Source: Vicinamibacterales bacterium (GTDB lineage: Bacteria; Acidobacteriota; Vicinamibacteria; Vicinamibacterales; Fen-181). Taken from it: 64,000 nt of DNA. This document shows positions 38,658 through 50,854 of this stretch, in pieces. Each line of letters opens with the position of its first letter. Position 1 is the stretch's first letter. The translations under genes and the position numbers were made by a program. The stretch covers positions 1-64,000 of the forward strand of contig DASXVO010000016.1 in NCBI GenBank assembly GCA_036504215.1, given 5' to 3'. The notes beneath the pieces were generated by a model. It worked only from the letters and a program-made list of their open reading frames with translations, made no database searches and was not told where the DNA came from.

Positions 38658-39074
38658 ATGATGAGAATCACCGACGCCATCGTCCTCGATGACCGCGACA
38701 TCGATGAACGGTTCGTCCGCGCGTCGGGTCCCGGCGGCCAGAACGTCAACAAGGTCGCGACCGCGGTCGAACTTCGATTCGACATCCGCGCCTCCTCGCT
38801 TCCCGACGAAGTGAAGGCGCGCCTGACGGTGCTCGGCGGCAGGCGTGTGTCTGCCGACGGCGTCCTGCTGATCGACAGCCGCGAGCATCGGACCCAGGCG
38901 CAGAACCGCGAGGCTGCGCGGCTCCGCCTGATCGGACTCGTCGGGCGCGCCGCGAAGCGTCCGCGCACGCGGACACCGACCCGGCCGACCCGGGCCGCGA
39001 AGGAGAGACGGCTGGCTTCCAAGAAGCGACGCGGCGCGGTCAAGGGCCTGCGCAGGCGGGACGATGAAGGGTGA
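38658..39074 (+). CDS. arfB: Alternative ribosome-rescue factor ArfB (peptidyl-tRNA hydrolase, GGQ family)
   Basis: PGGQNVNK motif and a basic C-terminal tail (KRPRTRTPTRPTRAAKERRLASKKRR). 138 aa. Starts 3 nt after the ptb-buk stop. Confidence 0.7.
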   Translation: MMRITDAIVLDDRDIDERFVRASGPGGQNVNKVATAVELRFDIRASSLPDEVKARLTVLGGRRVSADGVLLIDSREHRTQAQNREAARLRLIGLVGRAAKRPRTRTPTRPTRAAKERRLASKKRRGAVKGLRRRDDEG

Positions 39075-39109
39075 CGGGCGGAACGAATCTTCCTGACAGG
39101 AGCGTTGCC

Positions 39110-42100
39110 ATGAAGCATCTTCGACGCGTGGTCCTGGTTCTGATCGGCGTTTGGCTGTGCACGCTCGGCGTCCACACCCAGCAACCGCAGGCGCCACCGG
39201 CCGAGGCCGCGAAGCCCACGCTGTATCTCGTCTCCAACTCGCACCTCGACACGCAGTGGAACTGGACGGTCCAGGACACCATTCGCGAGCTGGTGCCCGC
39301 CAGCTTCTACGACAACTTCAAGCTGTTCGAGCGGTTCCCGCACTACGTGTTCAACTTCGAGGGCGCCATCCACTACATGTGGTTCAAGGAGTATCACCCG
39401 GACGCCTGGCCCACGCTGCAGAAGTACGTCGCCGACGGGCGCTGGAAGCTGTCGGGATCGTGGATCAACGCGGTGGACACCAACGTCCCGTCGCCCGAGG
39501 CGCTCATGCGGCAGGCGCTCTACGGCAAGCGGTTCTACCGCCAGGAGTTCAACAAGGTCAGCCAGGATATCTACCTGCCCGACTGCTTTGGCTTCGGCTT
39601 CGCGCTGCCCTCGATCGGCGCCCACTCCGGCTTGAAGGCGTTCTCGACCCAGAAGCTGACATGGGGCGCCGCCAAGCCCACGCCGTTTGCCATCGGCTGG
39701 TGGAAGGGCGTGGACGGCAACGGCCTGGTCGCCTCGATCAGGCCCGGCGACTACGTCAAAGCCGTCACGACGGACATCTCGACGGACCCGAAGTGGAACA
39801 GCGATCTGACGACGCTCGGCGACGGCGCGAAGGTGTCGTTCAAGTACTTCGGCGTCGGTGATCAGGGTGGTGCGCCGGATGCGGCATCGGTGGAATGGGT
39901 CGAGCGCGCGATCGCCAACACGCGGGGCGCCGTTCAGGTGCGCAACGTGTCGGCCGATCAGCTCTCGCGCGATCTGACCGACGTCCAGCGCGCCTCACTG
40001 CCGACCTACGAGGGGGAACTGCTGCTGAAGACCCACGGCGTCGGCTGCTACACATCGCAGGCGGCGATGAAGACGTGGAATCGCCGCAACGAACTGCTCG
40101 CTGACGCGGCCGAGCGTGCCAGCCTCGCCGCCGAGTGGCTGGGCGGACCGGCGTATCCGCGCGATCGCCTGCGGACGGCCTGGACGCGGTTCCTGTGGCA
40201 CCAGTTCCACGACGATCTCACGGGCACCAGCATTCCGCAGGCCTATCAGTTCTCCTGGAACGACGAGCTGATCTCGCTCAACCAGTTCGCGTCGATCCTC
40301 ACCGGTGCCGCCGCGTCGGTTGCCAGCGGCCTCGACACCCGGTCGGCAGCGGTCGACGCCCCGGCGACGTCCTCGAGCGGTATCCCGCTCGTCGTCTACA
40401 ACCCGCTCGCCTTCGCGAGGAAGGACGTGGTCGAGGCGACGGTGCAAATCGCGGGCGCCCCGCTCGCGGCTGTTCGCGTGATCGACCTCGCCTCGGGCCA
40501 GGACGTGCCCGCGCAGGTGCTGTCGAGCGCCGCGGGATCAGCGCGCGTCCTGTTCCTCGCCGAGATGTCGCCCGTCAGCTTCAAGGTATTCGAGGCGCGT
40601 CGGGCCGCAAAGACCGCGGAGTCGCCCACTCTCAAGGTCGGCGCCACGACACTCGAGAACTCGCGCTATGCGGTGAAGCTCGACGCCAACGGCGACGTTT
40701 CATCGATCACCGACAAGGAGTCCGGCACGGAACTGCTGAAGGGGCCGTCACGCCTCGAGTTGTTCGACAACCCTTCGTTCCGGTGGCCGGCCTGGGAGAT
40801 TCTGTGGGACACGGTCAGCAAGCCGCCGCGCGAGTTCGCCAAGTCGCCAACGGTGCGCATCGTCGAGCGAGGCCCGGCCCGGGTCGCGATCGAGGTCACG
40901 CGCAAGGCGGCCGGTTCGACGTTCATCCAGCAGATTCGCCTCGCCGAGGGCGGCGACCGCGTGGACTTCGACACGCGCGTGGACTGGCGGTCGGCCGGCA
41001 CGCTGCTCAAAGCCTCGTTCCCGCTGGCCGCCACGAACCCGAACGCGACCTACGACCTCGGCCTCGGCACGTTCGAACGAGGGAACGCAACCGCCGGCCT
41101 CTACGAGGTGCCGGCGCAGCAGTGGGCTGACCTGACCGACGCGAGCGGGCGGTTCGGCGTGGCGATCCTGAACGACGCCAAATACGGCTGGGACAAGCCG
41201 ACCGACAATGAGCTGCGCCTCACGCTCATCCACACCCCGATGCCGGGCAAGAACTACGTCTACCAGAGCAGCAACGACATCGGGCACCACCACTTCACCT
41301 ATTCGGTGGCCGGGCACTCGGCCGGCTGGCGCGAAGGACGCGTGCCACTGCGCGCGGCTCGGCTGAACCAGCCGCTCGTCGCGTTCCAGACCGCGCCCCA
41401 CGCGGGGCCGCTCGGACGGACCGCCGGGCTCCTCGACATGCCCGACGTGAAGGGCCAGGTCGCCGTCCGCGCGTTCAAGAAAGCGGAGGACACGGACGAG
41501 ATCGTCCTGCGGGTCCAGGAACTGTACGGCCGCCCCGTGTCAGGTCTCGAGATTGGACTGCCCGCCGGCATCCAGCAGGCACGCGAGATCAACGGAGCCG
41601 AGGAGAAGGTCGGCCCTGCCACGGTCAGCGGCGGCAAGCTCGTCGTCAACTTGAAGCCGTATCAGCCCCGGACGTTTGCGCTGACGCCGAAGCCGTCGTC
41701 GGCCCGGGTGCCGGCCATCGCCAGCGCCGCGCTCGAACTCCCGTTCAACGTCGATGGCATTTCCACGGAGGCCAAGCGGGCGGACGGGGACTTCGACGGT
41801 CACGGCCGCACGTACCCGGCCGAGCAGATGCCTGAGCTGCTCCAGCTCAATGGCGTGACGTTCAAGCTCGGTCCTACGGCCCCAGGCGCGCCGAACACCG
41901 TCGCCACCAAGGGCCAGAAGATTTCGCTCCCCGCCGGCAGCTACAACCGGCTTTATCTCGTCGCGTCTGCGGTGGACGGCGATGCGAAGGGTACGGTTAC
42001 GATCGAACGCAAGGGCGGTTCGCCGGTCCGGGTGCCTCTCAGCGTCCAGGACTGGGCCGGAGCCATCGGACAGTGGGACAGCCGGCTTCGCGACGACCGC

Positions 42101-42628
42101 ATGCTGCGCGAGGTTTTCGTGCCCAGCATCTCGGACGACCAGTCGTGGCCGCTGGCGACCATCGAGTCGCAAATGCTGGCGAAGTTCCTGCCGCCGGCCA
42201 GGCCGGCGGACAAACCGGGTGCACCAGCCGGTGGCGCGCCGGGCGCGCCGACCGCAGCGCCAGGCAAGGTGGTGGGACTCGAGCGGATCCGGCCCGGCTA
42301 CGTCAAGCGCGACGATGTGGCGTGGGTGGCCACTCATCGACACACGCCCGACGGCAACGAGCCGTACATCTTCGGCTACCTGTTCGCGTACGCGATCGAT
42401 CTGCCGGCCGGTGCCACGGCCGTGGTGCTGCCCGAGAACACCCGGATCCGCATCTTCGCGGCGAGCGTGGCCAGCGACCCGGCGCCCGGCACGCGGCCAG
42501 CGGGACCTCTCTACGCGCAGGACCTGGCGTCGCCGGTCCCGGCGGCTGCGCCCGCCGCGAAGCCGGCCACCGCGAACGAGAAGCCGGCCCCGACGGCCGC
42601 GAAGCCCGATGCCGTCAAGCAGGATTGA
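39110..42628 (+). CDS. GH38 alpha-mannosidase with C-terminal extension and Pro/Ala-rich tail
   Basis: Signal peptide MKHLRRVVLVLIGVWLCTLGV. GH38 N-domain (LVSNSHLDTQWNW), central and C-terminal mannosidase domains. Extra about 250 aa ends in PAAAPAAKPATANEKPAPTAAKP. AGGAG RBS. The track GTG start at 39071 overlaps the arfB stop. Confidence 0.75.
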   Translation: MKHLRRVVLVLIGVWLCTLGVHTQQPQAPPAEAAKPTLYLVSNSHLDTQWNWTVQDTIRELVPASFYDNFKLFERFPHYVFNFEGAIHYMWFKEYHPDAWPTLQKYVADGRWKLSGSWINAVDTNVPSPEALMRQALYGKRFYRQEFNKVSQDIYLPDCFGFGFALPSIGAHSGLKAFSTQKLTWGAAKPTPFAIGWWKGVDGNGLVASIRPGDYVKAVTTDISTDPKWNSDLTTLGDGAKVSFKYFGVGDQGGAPDAASVEWVERAIANTRGAVQVRNVSADQLSRDLTDVQRASLPTYEGELLLKTHGVGCYTSQAAMKTWNRRNELLADAAERASLAAEWLGGPAYPRDRLRTAWTRFLWHQFHDDLTGTSIPQAYQFSWNDELISLNQFASILTGAAASVASGLDTRSAAVDAPATSSSGIPLVVYNPLAFARKDVVEATVQIAGAPLAAVRVIDLASGQDVPAQVLSSAAGSARVLFLAEMSPVSFKVFEARRAAKTAESPTLKVGATTLENSRYAVKLDANGDVSSITDKESGTELLKGPSRLELFDNPSFRWPAWEILWDTVSKPPREFAKSPTVRIVERGPARVAIEVTRKAAGSTFIQQIRLAEGGDRVDFDTRVDWRSAGTLLKASFPLAATNPNATYDLGLGTFERGNATAGLYEVPAQQWADLTDASGRFGVAILNDAKYGWDKPTDNELRLTLIHTPMPGKNYVYQSSNDIGHHHFTYSVAGHSAGWREGRVPLRAARLNQPLVAFQTAPHAGPLGRTAGLLDMPDVKGQVAVRAFKKAEDTDEIVLRVQELYGRPVSGLEIGLPAGIQQAREINGAEEKVGPATVSGGKLVVNLKPYQPRTFALTPKPSSARVPAIASAALELPFNVDGISTEAKRADGDFDGHGRTYPAEQMPELLQLNGVTFKLGPTAPGAPNTVATKGQKISLPAGSYNRLYLVASAVDGDAKGTVTIERKGGSPVRVPLSVQDWAGAIGQWDSRLRDDRMLREVFVPSISDDQSWPLATIESQMLAKFLPPARPADKPGAPAGGAPGAPTAAPGKVVGLERIRPGYVKRDDVAWVATHRHTPDGNEPYIFGYLFAYAIDLPAGATAVVLPENTRIRIFAASVASDPAPGTRPAGPLYAQDLASPVPAAAPAAKPATANEKPAPTAAKPDAVKQD

Positions 42629-42656
42629 GAACAGGAGGGACGCGTCGCGCTGAGGT

Positions 42657-44582
<1,926 letters not shown>

Positions 44583-44656
44583 CTGTGGAACGTACCACGA
44601 CAACGTCATCGAGGTCGAGGCGCCCGCCGCGGACGGGGTGACCGTCCCTGACCGCG

Positions 44657-45793
44657 CTACTTGCGCGCGAGGACGTGCATTTCGCTTCCGGCGAGCAGGA
44701 GGGCACCGACGCCGTAGACCTCAGTCGTCTCCGCGGAGGTCGCCCCCGGCTTGTCGCCGATCCGCTGCACCCAGCCCAGCCTGCCGTCCGGCTGCACGGC
44801 GCGCACGAGGGCAGCCCATCCCTTTCGGATGTGCGGGTCATAGGTCGCGCGATCGAGGAGGCCCCGGTTCACGCCCCAGGCCAGCGCGTAGACGAAGAAC
44901 CCAGACCCGCTGGTCTCGGGGTTCGGCAGGCTGCCCGGATCGAGCAGGCTCGCGCGCCAGTACCCATCCTCGCCTTGCAGCGCGGCAACCCTCGCCGCCA
45001 TCTCCTTGAAGAGCGTGATCGCGCGACCACGATCCGCACGGTCCGTGGGCATGTCGTCGATCAGGCGAGCCAGCCCCGCGATCACCCACCCGTTGCCGCG
45101 GCTCCAGAACACCTTCTTCCCATTCGGCTCGCGCTGTTCGAAGAATCGGCTGTCGCGGAAATAGAGGCGCTCGTCCTTGTCGTAGAGGTACTCGGTCGTC
45201 TTCCACCACAGGCGGGTGGCAAGGTCCAGGTACTTGCGGTCGCCGGTCGCTGCCGTGACGGCTGAGAGCGCGGGAGGTCCCATGAACAGCGCGTCGCACC
45301 ACGCCAGTTCGCGCGTCTCGATCGCATTGCCCCAGGCGAGCGGCTCGTCGTAGGGGCGTGTCACGAGATAGTTGAAGAGGGCCAGCGACGGTCTGAGGAG
45401 CTTCGGGTCCTTGTCGATCTGCGCCAGCCCCGCATACGTCGCAATCACGGCGTAGTCGTCGGCATGCCCGGGCCGCAGCCCGGGTCGCCAGGCATTCTTC
45501 TCCCCCATGGTCCGCATCGCCGCCAGGTACTTGGGATCGTCGCTGACCCTGGCGAGAGCCATCACGCCGGTATAGAAGGCCGCCTGCGTCCAGTCCCACG
45601 CGTCGTGCGCGGACGGGTGCGACAGTTGCCAGTCCGCGGCTCCGGTCATGACACCCAGGATTGCCGCCGGTTCGACGGCTGCGCTGAACCGCGCAGGCGC
45701 TGCCGCCGCCACCGGCGCTTGCGGCGCCGCGTGGACCGCGCCGGAACAGGTGATCAGGATCAAGCCGACCAAGCCGATCGCCGAACGTGCCAT
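44657..45793 (-). CDS. GH88/GH105 unsaturated glucuronyl / rhamnogalacturonyl hydrolase, secreted
   Basis: Signal peptide MARSAIGLVGLILITCSGAVHA. (alpha/alpha)6 Glyco_hydro_88-like sequence (WDW...YTG...RGNGW...WV). Confidence 0.6.
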   Translation of the reverse strand: MARSAIGLVGLILITCSGAVHAAPQAPVAAAAPARFSAAVEPAAILGVMTGAADWQLSHPSAHDAWDWTQAAFYTGVMALARVSDDPKYLAAMRTMGEKNAWRPGLRPGHADDYAVIATYAGLAQIDKDPKLLRPSLALFNYLVTRPYDEPLAWGNAIETRELAWCDALFMGPPALSAVTAATGDRKYLDLATRLWWKTTEYLYDKDERLYFRDSRFFEQREPNGKKVFWSRGNGWVIAGLARLIDDMPTDRADRGRAITLFKEMAARVAALQGEDGYWRASLLDPGSLPNPETSGSGFFVYALAWGVNRGLLDRATYDPHIRKGWAALVRAVQPDGRLGWVQRIGDKPGATSAETTEVYGVGALLLAGSEMHVLARK

Positions 45794-45878
45794 CGACGCG
45801 CCTCCATTGGTTCGAGCCACCCTCGCATGCCCGGCCCCTCTGCGCCACGCCTGTTCCCGGGCCGCTCCGCCTCTACTT

Positions 45879-47381
45879 CTACGTCGTCAACGCGCCCGCC
45901 ACGAACGGATCGAGGTGACGCCGGAAGTGAACTTCGAGGTACCTCGAGTACACCTCCGGGTTCCGATCGATGGCCGCCATGAATCGATCGTAGAAGCGCC
46001 GTGCACCGTCAGCCGTGATCGCCGTGAGCACCGAGCCGAACGTCACGTGGAAGATCTGGCGGGCGTCGAACTGGTCCACGAGCGCGGGCAGATCGGCCGC
46101 GGGCACGGCATCGCCGATCGGCGCGCGATCGAGCCTGGCCGAGACGTGATAGGTTGCCCGGTCCGCGTCGTAGTGATCGCGGGCGAACGCGTACACCTCG
46201 CGGAACAGCTCGGGGTCGAGCGCAGCAATCGTGCGGAGCGCCTCCAGGTAGCTGGTGCCGGCCGTCTTCAGGTGGACGTATCCACCGCAGCGGCGCGCGA
46301 CGATTGGGTAGATCTTGAACTTGTCGGACCCGGAATGGAGGCTCAGCTTGTACGGGCCCAGGGTCCGGGCAATCGCCGCATGAACGGCGATATCGTGATC
46401 GAAGGCGGCGAGATCACCGATGTAGTCCACACCCTTCTCGAATCGTCCGACATAGCGCGGCGCCAGCCCGACCCACGACACGCCCAGCCGCTTCAGTTCC
46501 GACGCGACGTAGTAGTGCTCGGCGTGCGTGGTCGGCGTGTCCGTTTCATCCACCGACACCTCGAGCTCGAACGCTCCCACCCCCGCCTTCTGGACGAGAT
46601 GGCGAAACATCGCCACGACGTGCGCGACGGCCGCTCCGTATTTCACGGCCGCCCGCCCGAGCGATACCTCGTCGAAGCGAATCGTCTCATCCTCGACCTC
46701 GAAGACCCGTCCGACGTAGCGCCGCAGAAGCGCGGTGCCGCAGTCCTCCAGCCGGTCCCACGGCAGCCGGTCGAACGCCTCGCGCAGCGCTGGCCCCGAA
46801 GCGGTGTCGGCTCCGGACTGCACGTGGTCGCCCGGATCGATCGTATAGCAGGTGAATCCAGCGGCCAGGCAGGTGTCGATGTCGAGGGTGCTCTTCAGGT
46901 GATCGGCGTCAGCGCCGTACCCGTCGCGCCAGCCCTCCTGGAACACACCCCACATGGCCTCGTCCACGACCGTCTGTGCACTGCGACCGGTCCGCACCAT
47001 CTCGCGCATCGATTGCTGGGCCACCACAGGCGCAATCCGGCATCCAGTGGCGCGCACGGCGCGCAGGTGTCCGGGCGTCGCCCGCCCGATCCGATCGCCA
47101 AAGCCCGCCGACGTTCGCAGGCCGAGCGGCCTTGGACGCAGCCACGAGCAGCGCGACCGCAACGCCGCCGCGTTGCGGGCCGACAGCGGACAGACGAGCG
47201 AGGTTCGCCCCTGCCAGGTCGATGCATCGCCCTCGAACTCACTCAACCAGGGCGCCGGCCCCGACGCGAAGACCACCAGCCGGGCACCCTGTGCCTGGCG
47301 CACGAGGCCGAACTCCCCGTCCGTCCCCTTGAACACCGACGAGTGAACGACGTCGCCGCCGAGCGAGGTCAGTGCGATCAT
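45879..47381 (-). CDS. UxaE-like tagaturonate/fructuronate epimerase family protein
   Basis: About 500-aa protein with LHSGSDKF and HLKTAGTSYLEAL blocks resembling the UxaE family. Start uncertain: the track GTG at 47420 lies inside the promoter-like TTGACA, so the first ATG at 47381 is used. Confidence 0.4.
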   Translation of the reverse strand: MIALTSLGGDVVHSSVFKGTDGEFGLVRQAQGARLVVFASGPAPWLSEFEGDASTWQGRTSLVCPLSARNAAALRSRCSWLRPRPLGLRTSAGFGDRIGRATPGHLRAVRATGCRIAPVVAQQSMREMVRTGRSAQTVVDEAMWGVFQEGWRDGYGADADHLKSTLDIDTCLAAGFTCYTIDPGDHVQSGADTASGPALREAFDRLPWDRLEDCGTALLRRYVGRVFEVEDETIRFDEVSLGRAAVKYGAAVAHVVAMFRHLVQKAGVGAFELEVSVDETDTPTTHAEHYYVASELKRLGVSWVGLAPRYVGRFEKGVDYIGDLAAFDHDIAVHAAIARTLGPYKLSLHSGSDKFKIYPIVARRCGGYVHLKTAGTSYLEALRTIAALDPELFREVYAFARDHYDADRATYHVSARLDRAPIGDAVPAADLPALVDQFDARQIFHVTFGSVLTAITADGARRFYDRFMAAIDRNPEVYSRYLEVHFRRHLDPFVAGALTT

Positions 47382-47419
47382 GCGATTCGGACTCCAGGAA
47401 CCCAAACCCAATCTTGACA

Positions 47420-47432
47420 CGACGGCCCGTCG
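47420..47432. promoter_or_regulatory. Perfect 6-1-6 palindrome (cgacgg-c-ccgtcg) in the uxaE-like/gntR divergent region; candidate operator
   Basis: Seen in the sequence immediately downstream of a TTGACA hexamer (47414-47419) and upstream of the GntR-family regulator start. Confidence 0.2.
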
Positions 47433-47448
47433 CTGTTAGTGATGTCTC

Positions 47449-48276
47449 GTGCCAACGAATCGTTCTCTCCATGCCCGGCCCGGCCGGCCCGCTCCGCGGG
47501 ACCCCCTGGCCGATTTCCACGAACCGCCGAAGGACAGCGCCAGTCGCATCGTCGACTACGTCCGCGACCTCGTGGTCCGCGGCGGCCTTCGACCGGGCGA
47601 TCGTCTGCCGGCCGAACGCGAGCTGGCCATCCAACTCGGGGTCAGCCGCCCGACGATCCGTGCCGGCCTCAAGGGGCTCGCGGCCATGGGCACCGTCACC
47701 ACCCGTCACGGTGCCGGCACGTTCATCAACCAGTCTCCCGTGCTTCGCAGCGAACCGCTCAACCTGCTCGCGGCGCTGCATGGTTTCACGCGCGAGGAGA
47801 TGTACGAGACGCGGCGGATGCTCGAGGTCGCGGGTGCCGGTCTCGCCGCCGAACGCGGGACGCCCGCGCACATCTCGATCATCGCCGACGAGGTCACCAG
47901 CCTCTTCGCGTCGATGGAGGACCGGCGAACGTTCCTCGTCTACGACATCCGTTTCCACCGCGCGGTCGCAAACGCGTCGGGCAACCCGATTGTCGCCGCC
48001 CTCGTGGAGATGGTCTCCGCGCTGTACTACGACCAGCGCCGGACGACGGCGGAACGCGCGACCGGCCCCAATCTGAGAGACGCGGCCGAAGCCCATCGCC
48101 GCATCTATCTCGCCATCCGCGCCCGCGACGCCGAAGGGGCACGCGAGGCGATGAACGACCACCTCCAGACATCGGCCGCGTACCAGGCCGCCGAAGAGCA
48201 TACTGCCCGGCAGCCCCCGCCGGATACGCCGGCACCCGCGTCCACCACCGGAGGCACGCGGCGGAGGAAGAGCTGA
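47449..48276 (+). CDS. GntR-family transcriptional regulator (FadR/FCD subfamily)
   Basis: wHTH region (RLPAERELAIQLGVSRPTIRAGLKGL) and a C-terminal FCD ligand-binding domain. GTG start. Confidence 0.65.
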   Translation: MPTNRSLHARPGRPAPRDPLADFHEPPKDSASRIVDYVRDLVVRGGLRPGDRLPAERELAIQLGVSRPTIRAGLKGLAAMGTVTTRHGAGTFINQSPVLRSEPLNLLAALHGFTREEMYETRRMLEVAGAGLAAERGTPAHISIIADEVTSLFASMEDRRTFLVYDIRFHRAVANASGNPIVAALVEMVSALYYDQRRTTAERATGPNLRDAAEAHRRIYLAIRARDAEGAREAMNDHLQTSAAYQAAEEHTARQPPPDTPAPASTTGGTRRRKS

Positions 48277-48303
48277 GCAGCCGCCCGCCGATCGGGCGGC
48301 CCG

Positions 48304-49386
48304 TTACCGCTGAATTCGTGCGGACCCGCCGCGCGCGAGCGCCCTCACCTGCTCGACGGTCGCCATCGTCGTGTCGCCAGGGAACGTCGTCAGCAGCGCG
48401 CCGTGCGCCCAGCCCAGTTTCACGGCGTCCTCCGGCGACTGGTTCGTCAACAGGCCGTAGAAGAACCCCGAGGCGAACCCGTCACCGCCGCCCACACGAT
48501 CGAGCACGTTGAGTTCGCACGTCGGCGAGCAGTACGTCTGCCCGTTGACCCACGCCACGGCGCCCCAGCTGTGCCGATTCGTCGAGTGCACCTCACGCAG
48601 GGTGGTCGCCACGACCTTGACCTGCGGATGCTTCTTCACGACGTCCTTGATCATCGCAAAGAACGTGCTGGGATCGAGCTTCGACTTCGCCGACACTTCC
48701 GGACCGGGGATGCCGAGTCCCTTCTGCAGATCCTCCTCGTTGCCGACCAGCACATCCACGTGCTCGACGATGCGCGCCACGACGTCCACGGCGCGCTGCT
48801 GTCCCCCCCAGATATTCCAGAGCTTCTCGCGGAAGTTGAGGTCGAACGAGATCACCGCGCCGGCGGCCTTGGCAGCCTTCATCCCTTCGATGATGACCTC
48901 TCCTGTGGTTTCCGACAGGGCGGCGAAGATCCCGCCGCTGTGGAACCAGCGAACGCCACCGGCGAAGATGGACGCCCAGTCGAAATCACCGGGCTTCAGC
49001 TGCGCCGCGGCTTCGTTCGACCGGTTGTAGAACACGACGGGCGGCCGCACGCCGAAACCGCGGTCGCTGTAGACGGCGGCCATGTTGGGGCCGTTGACGC
49101 CGTTGTGCGCGAATCGCTTGTAGAACGGCCGCACGCCCATCGCCTTGACGCGCTCGGCAATCAGCGCGCCGATGGGATAGTCCACCATGGCCGTGGCGAT
49201 GCCGGTCCGCAGGCCGAAGCAGTCCGAGAGGTTCGCCGCCGCGTTGAACTCGCCGCCGCTCACATGGATGTCGCAGTGCGTGGCCTTGCGGAACGGGACC
49301 AGGCCCGGGTCCAGCCGGTGAACCAGCGCCCCGAGCGACACGAAATCGAGCGCACCGTCCTTTGCGATCTCGAGACCACAAGTCAT
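48304..49386 (-). CDS. kdgK: PfkB-family sugar kinase (2-dehydro-3-deoxygluconokinase-like)
   Basis: Ribokinase/PfkB fold, with the GG motif region and the C-terminal DxxGAGDxF-like VGGGDGFASGF. Start set at M41 (MTCGLEIAKDG). Confidence 0.55.
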   Translation of the reverse strand: MTCGLEIAKDGALDFVSLGALVHRLDPGLVPFRKATHCDIHVSGGEFNAAANLSDCFGLRTGIATAMVDYPIGALIAERVKAMGVRPFYKRFAHNGVNGPNMAAVYSDRGFGVRPPVVFYNRSNEAAAQLKPGDFDWASIFAGGVRWFHSGGIFAALSETTGEVIIEGMKAAKAAGAVISFDLNFREKLWNIWGGQQRAVDVVARIVEHVDVLVGNEEDLQKGLGIPGPEVSAKSKLDPSTFFAMIKDVVKKHPQVKVVATTLREVHSTNRHSWGAVAWVNGQTYCSPTCELNVLDRVGGGDGFASGFFYGLLTNQSPEDAVKLGWAHGALLTTFPGDTTMATVEQVRALARGGSARIQR

Positions 49387-49450
49387 CGTCGTCGTCCTCG
49401 CTACTCTCCCGATCGCGGGCCTGAACACCCGTGCCACATTCACCCGGCGC

Positions 49451-50854
49451 TCACCACTCCGTGTGGAACACCCCCGATTTGTCGACACGGCGGTACGTGT
49501 GCGCACCGAAATAGTCCCGCTGCCCCTGCGTCAGGTTCGCCGGCAGGCGCTCGCTGCGGTACGCATCGAAGTACGCCAGCGACGCACTCGTCGCGAGCAC
49601 CGGAATTCCCATGCCGACGGCCGTCTGGACAACGAGCCTCCACGCGGCTTGCCGTCGCATGACGGCGTCGGCGAACGCGGGGTCGATCAACAGGTTGACC
49701 AGCGTCGGATCGCGCCGGAACGCCGCCATGATGTCGCCCAGCAGACTCGCGCGGATGATGCAGCCAGCGCGCCAGATCTTCGCGATGTCCGCCGGCTTGA
49801 GGTCGTACTTGTACTCGGCCGACGCGATCCGCAGCAGCGCGAGGCCCTGCGCATACGAGGTGATCTTGCTCGCGTAGAGCGCGTCCCGCGCGGCATCGAT
49901 CAACTGCTGGCGGTTCCCGGTGTACTTGGGCGACGGTCCATGGAGCACCCGGCTCGCGGCGACACGCTGCGGCTTGAGCGCCGAGATGAGCCGGCTCTCC
50001 ACCGCCGCGTTGATCGTCGGAATCGCGGCACCGATGTCGAGCGCATTCTGGCTCGTCCACTTCCCCGTGCCCTTCTGCTGCGCCTCGTCGAGGATCACCT
50101 CGACGAGCGGACGGCCGGTGTCCGGGTCGGTCTTGGCGAGCACGGCCGCCGTGATCTCGACCAGGTACGACTTCAACTCGCCCTGGTTCCACTCCGCGAA
50201 GACGTCGTGCAGTTCGGCCGCCGACAGCCCGAGGCCACGCGACAGGACGTCGTAGGTCTCGGCTATCAACTGCATGTCGCCGTACTCGATCCCGTTGTGG
50301 ACCATCTTCACGAAGTGGCCGGCTCCGCCCGGGCCCATGTAGTCCACGCACGGCTCGCCGTCATCGGCCTTCGCGGCGATGGCGCGGAGAATGGGCGCGA
50401 GCGCGTCCCAGGCCTCGGGCTGCCCGCCTGGCATGATGCTCGGCCCCCAGAGCGCACCCTGCTCGCCGCCAGACACGCCCGTGCCCACGTAGTTGAGGCC
50501 GTCAGCCGCCAGGGCCTTGTTCCGGCGCTCCGTGTCCAGGAAGAAGGAGTTCCCGCCGTCGATCAGGATGTCCGCCGCCTCGAGGTGGCCCTTGAGGTGA
50601 GCGATCGCGCTGTCCACGGCCGCCCCAGCCGGCACCATCAGCAGCACGCGCCGCGGCTTGTTCAGCATCGCCATCAGCCGATCCGGCGACTCCGCGATCT
50701 CGACGTTCTTGCCCGCGGCCGGCCCGGTCACGAACGCCTGCCCCTTCGCGGCGTCGAGGTCGTAGCCTGCCACGCGGAACCCGTGACGCTCCATGTTCAG
50801 CGCCAGGTTGCTCCCCATCACGCCGAGTCCGACCACCCCGATATCACACTGCAT
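49451..50854 (-). CDS. gnd: 6-phosphogluconate dehydrogenase (decarboxylating)
   Basis: N-terminal MQCDIGVVGLGVMGSNLALNM NAD(P)-binding motif and a full-length 467-aa Gnd-type sequence. Confidence 0.8.
   Translation of the reverse strand: MQCDIGVVGLGVMGSNLALNMERHGFRVAGYDLDAAKGQAFVTGPAAGKNVEIAESPDRLMAMLNKPRRVLLMVPAGAAVDSAIAHLKGHLEAADILIDGGNSFFLDTERRNKALAADGLNYVGTGVSGGEQGALWGPSIMPGGQPEAWDALAPILRAIAAKADDGEPCVDYMGPGGAGHFVKMVHNGIEYGDMQLIAETYDVLSRGLGLSAAELHDVFAEWNQGELKSYLVEITAAVLAKTDPDTGRPLVEVILDEAQQKGTGKWTSQNALDIGAAIPTINAAVESRLISALKPQRVAASRVLHGPSPKYTGNRQQLIDAARDALYASKITSYAQGLALLRIASAEYKYDLKPADIAKIWRAGCIIRASLLGDIMAAFRRDPTLVNLLIDPAFADAVMRRQAAWRLVVQTAVGMGIPVLATSASLAYFDAYRSERLPANLTQGQRDYFGAHTYRRVDKSGVFHTEW

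Noticed and set aside
42629-42656. Weak gaggga...tccctc inverted repeat between convergent GH38 and uup genes
   Set aside because: Only a 6-bp stem with a 21-nt loop and no U-tract, too weak to call a terminator.
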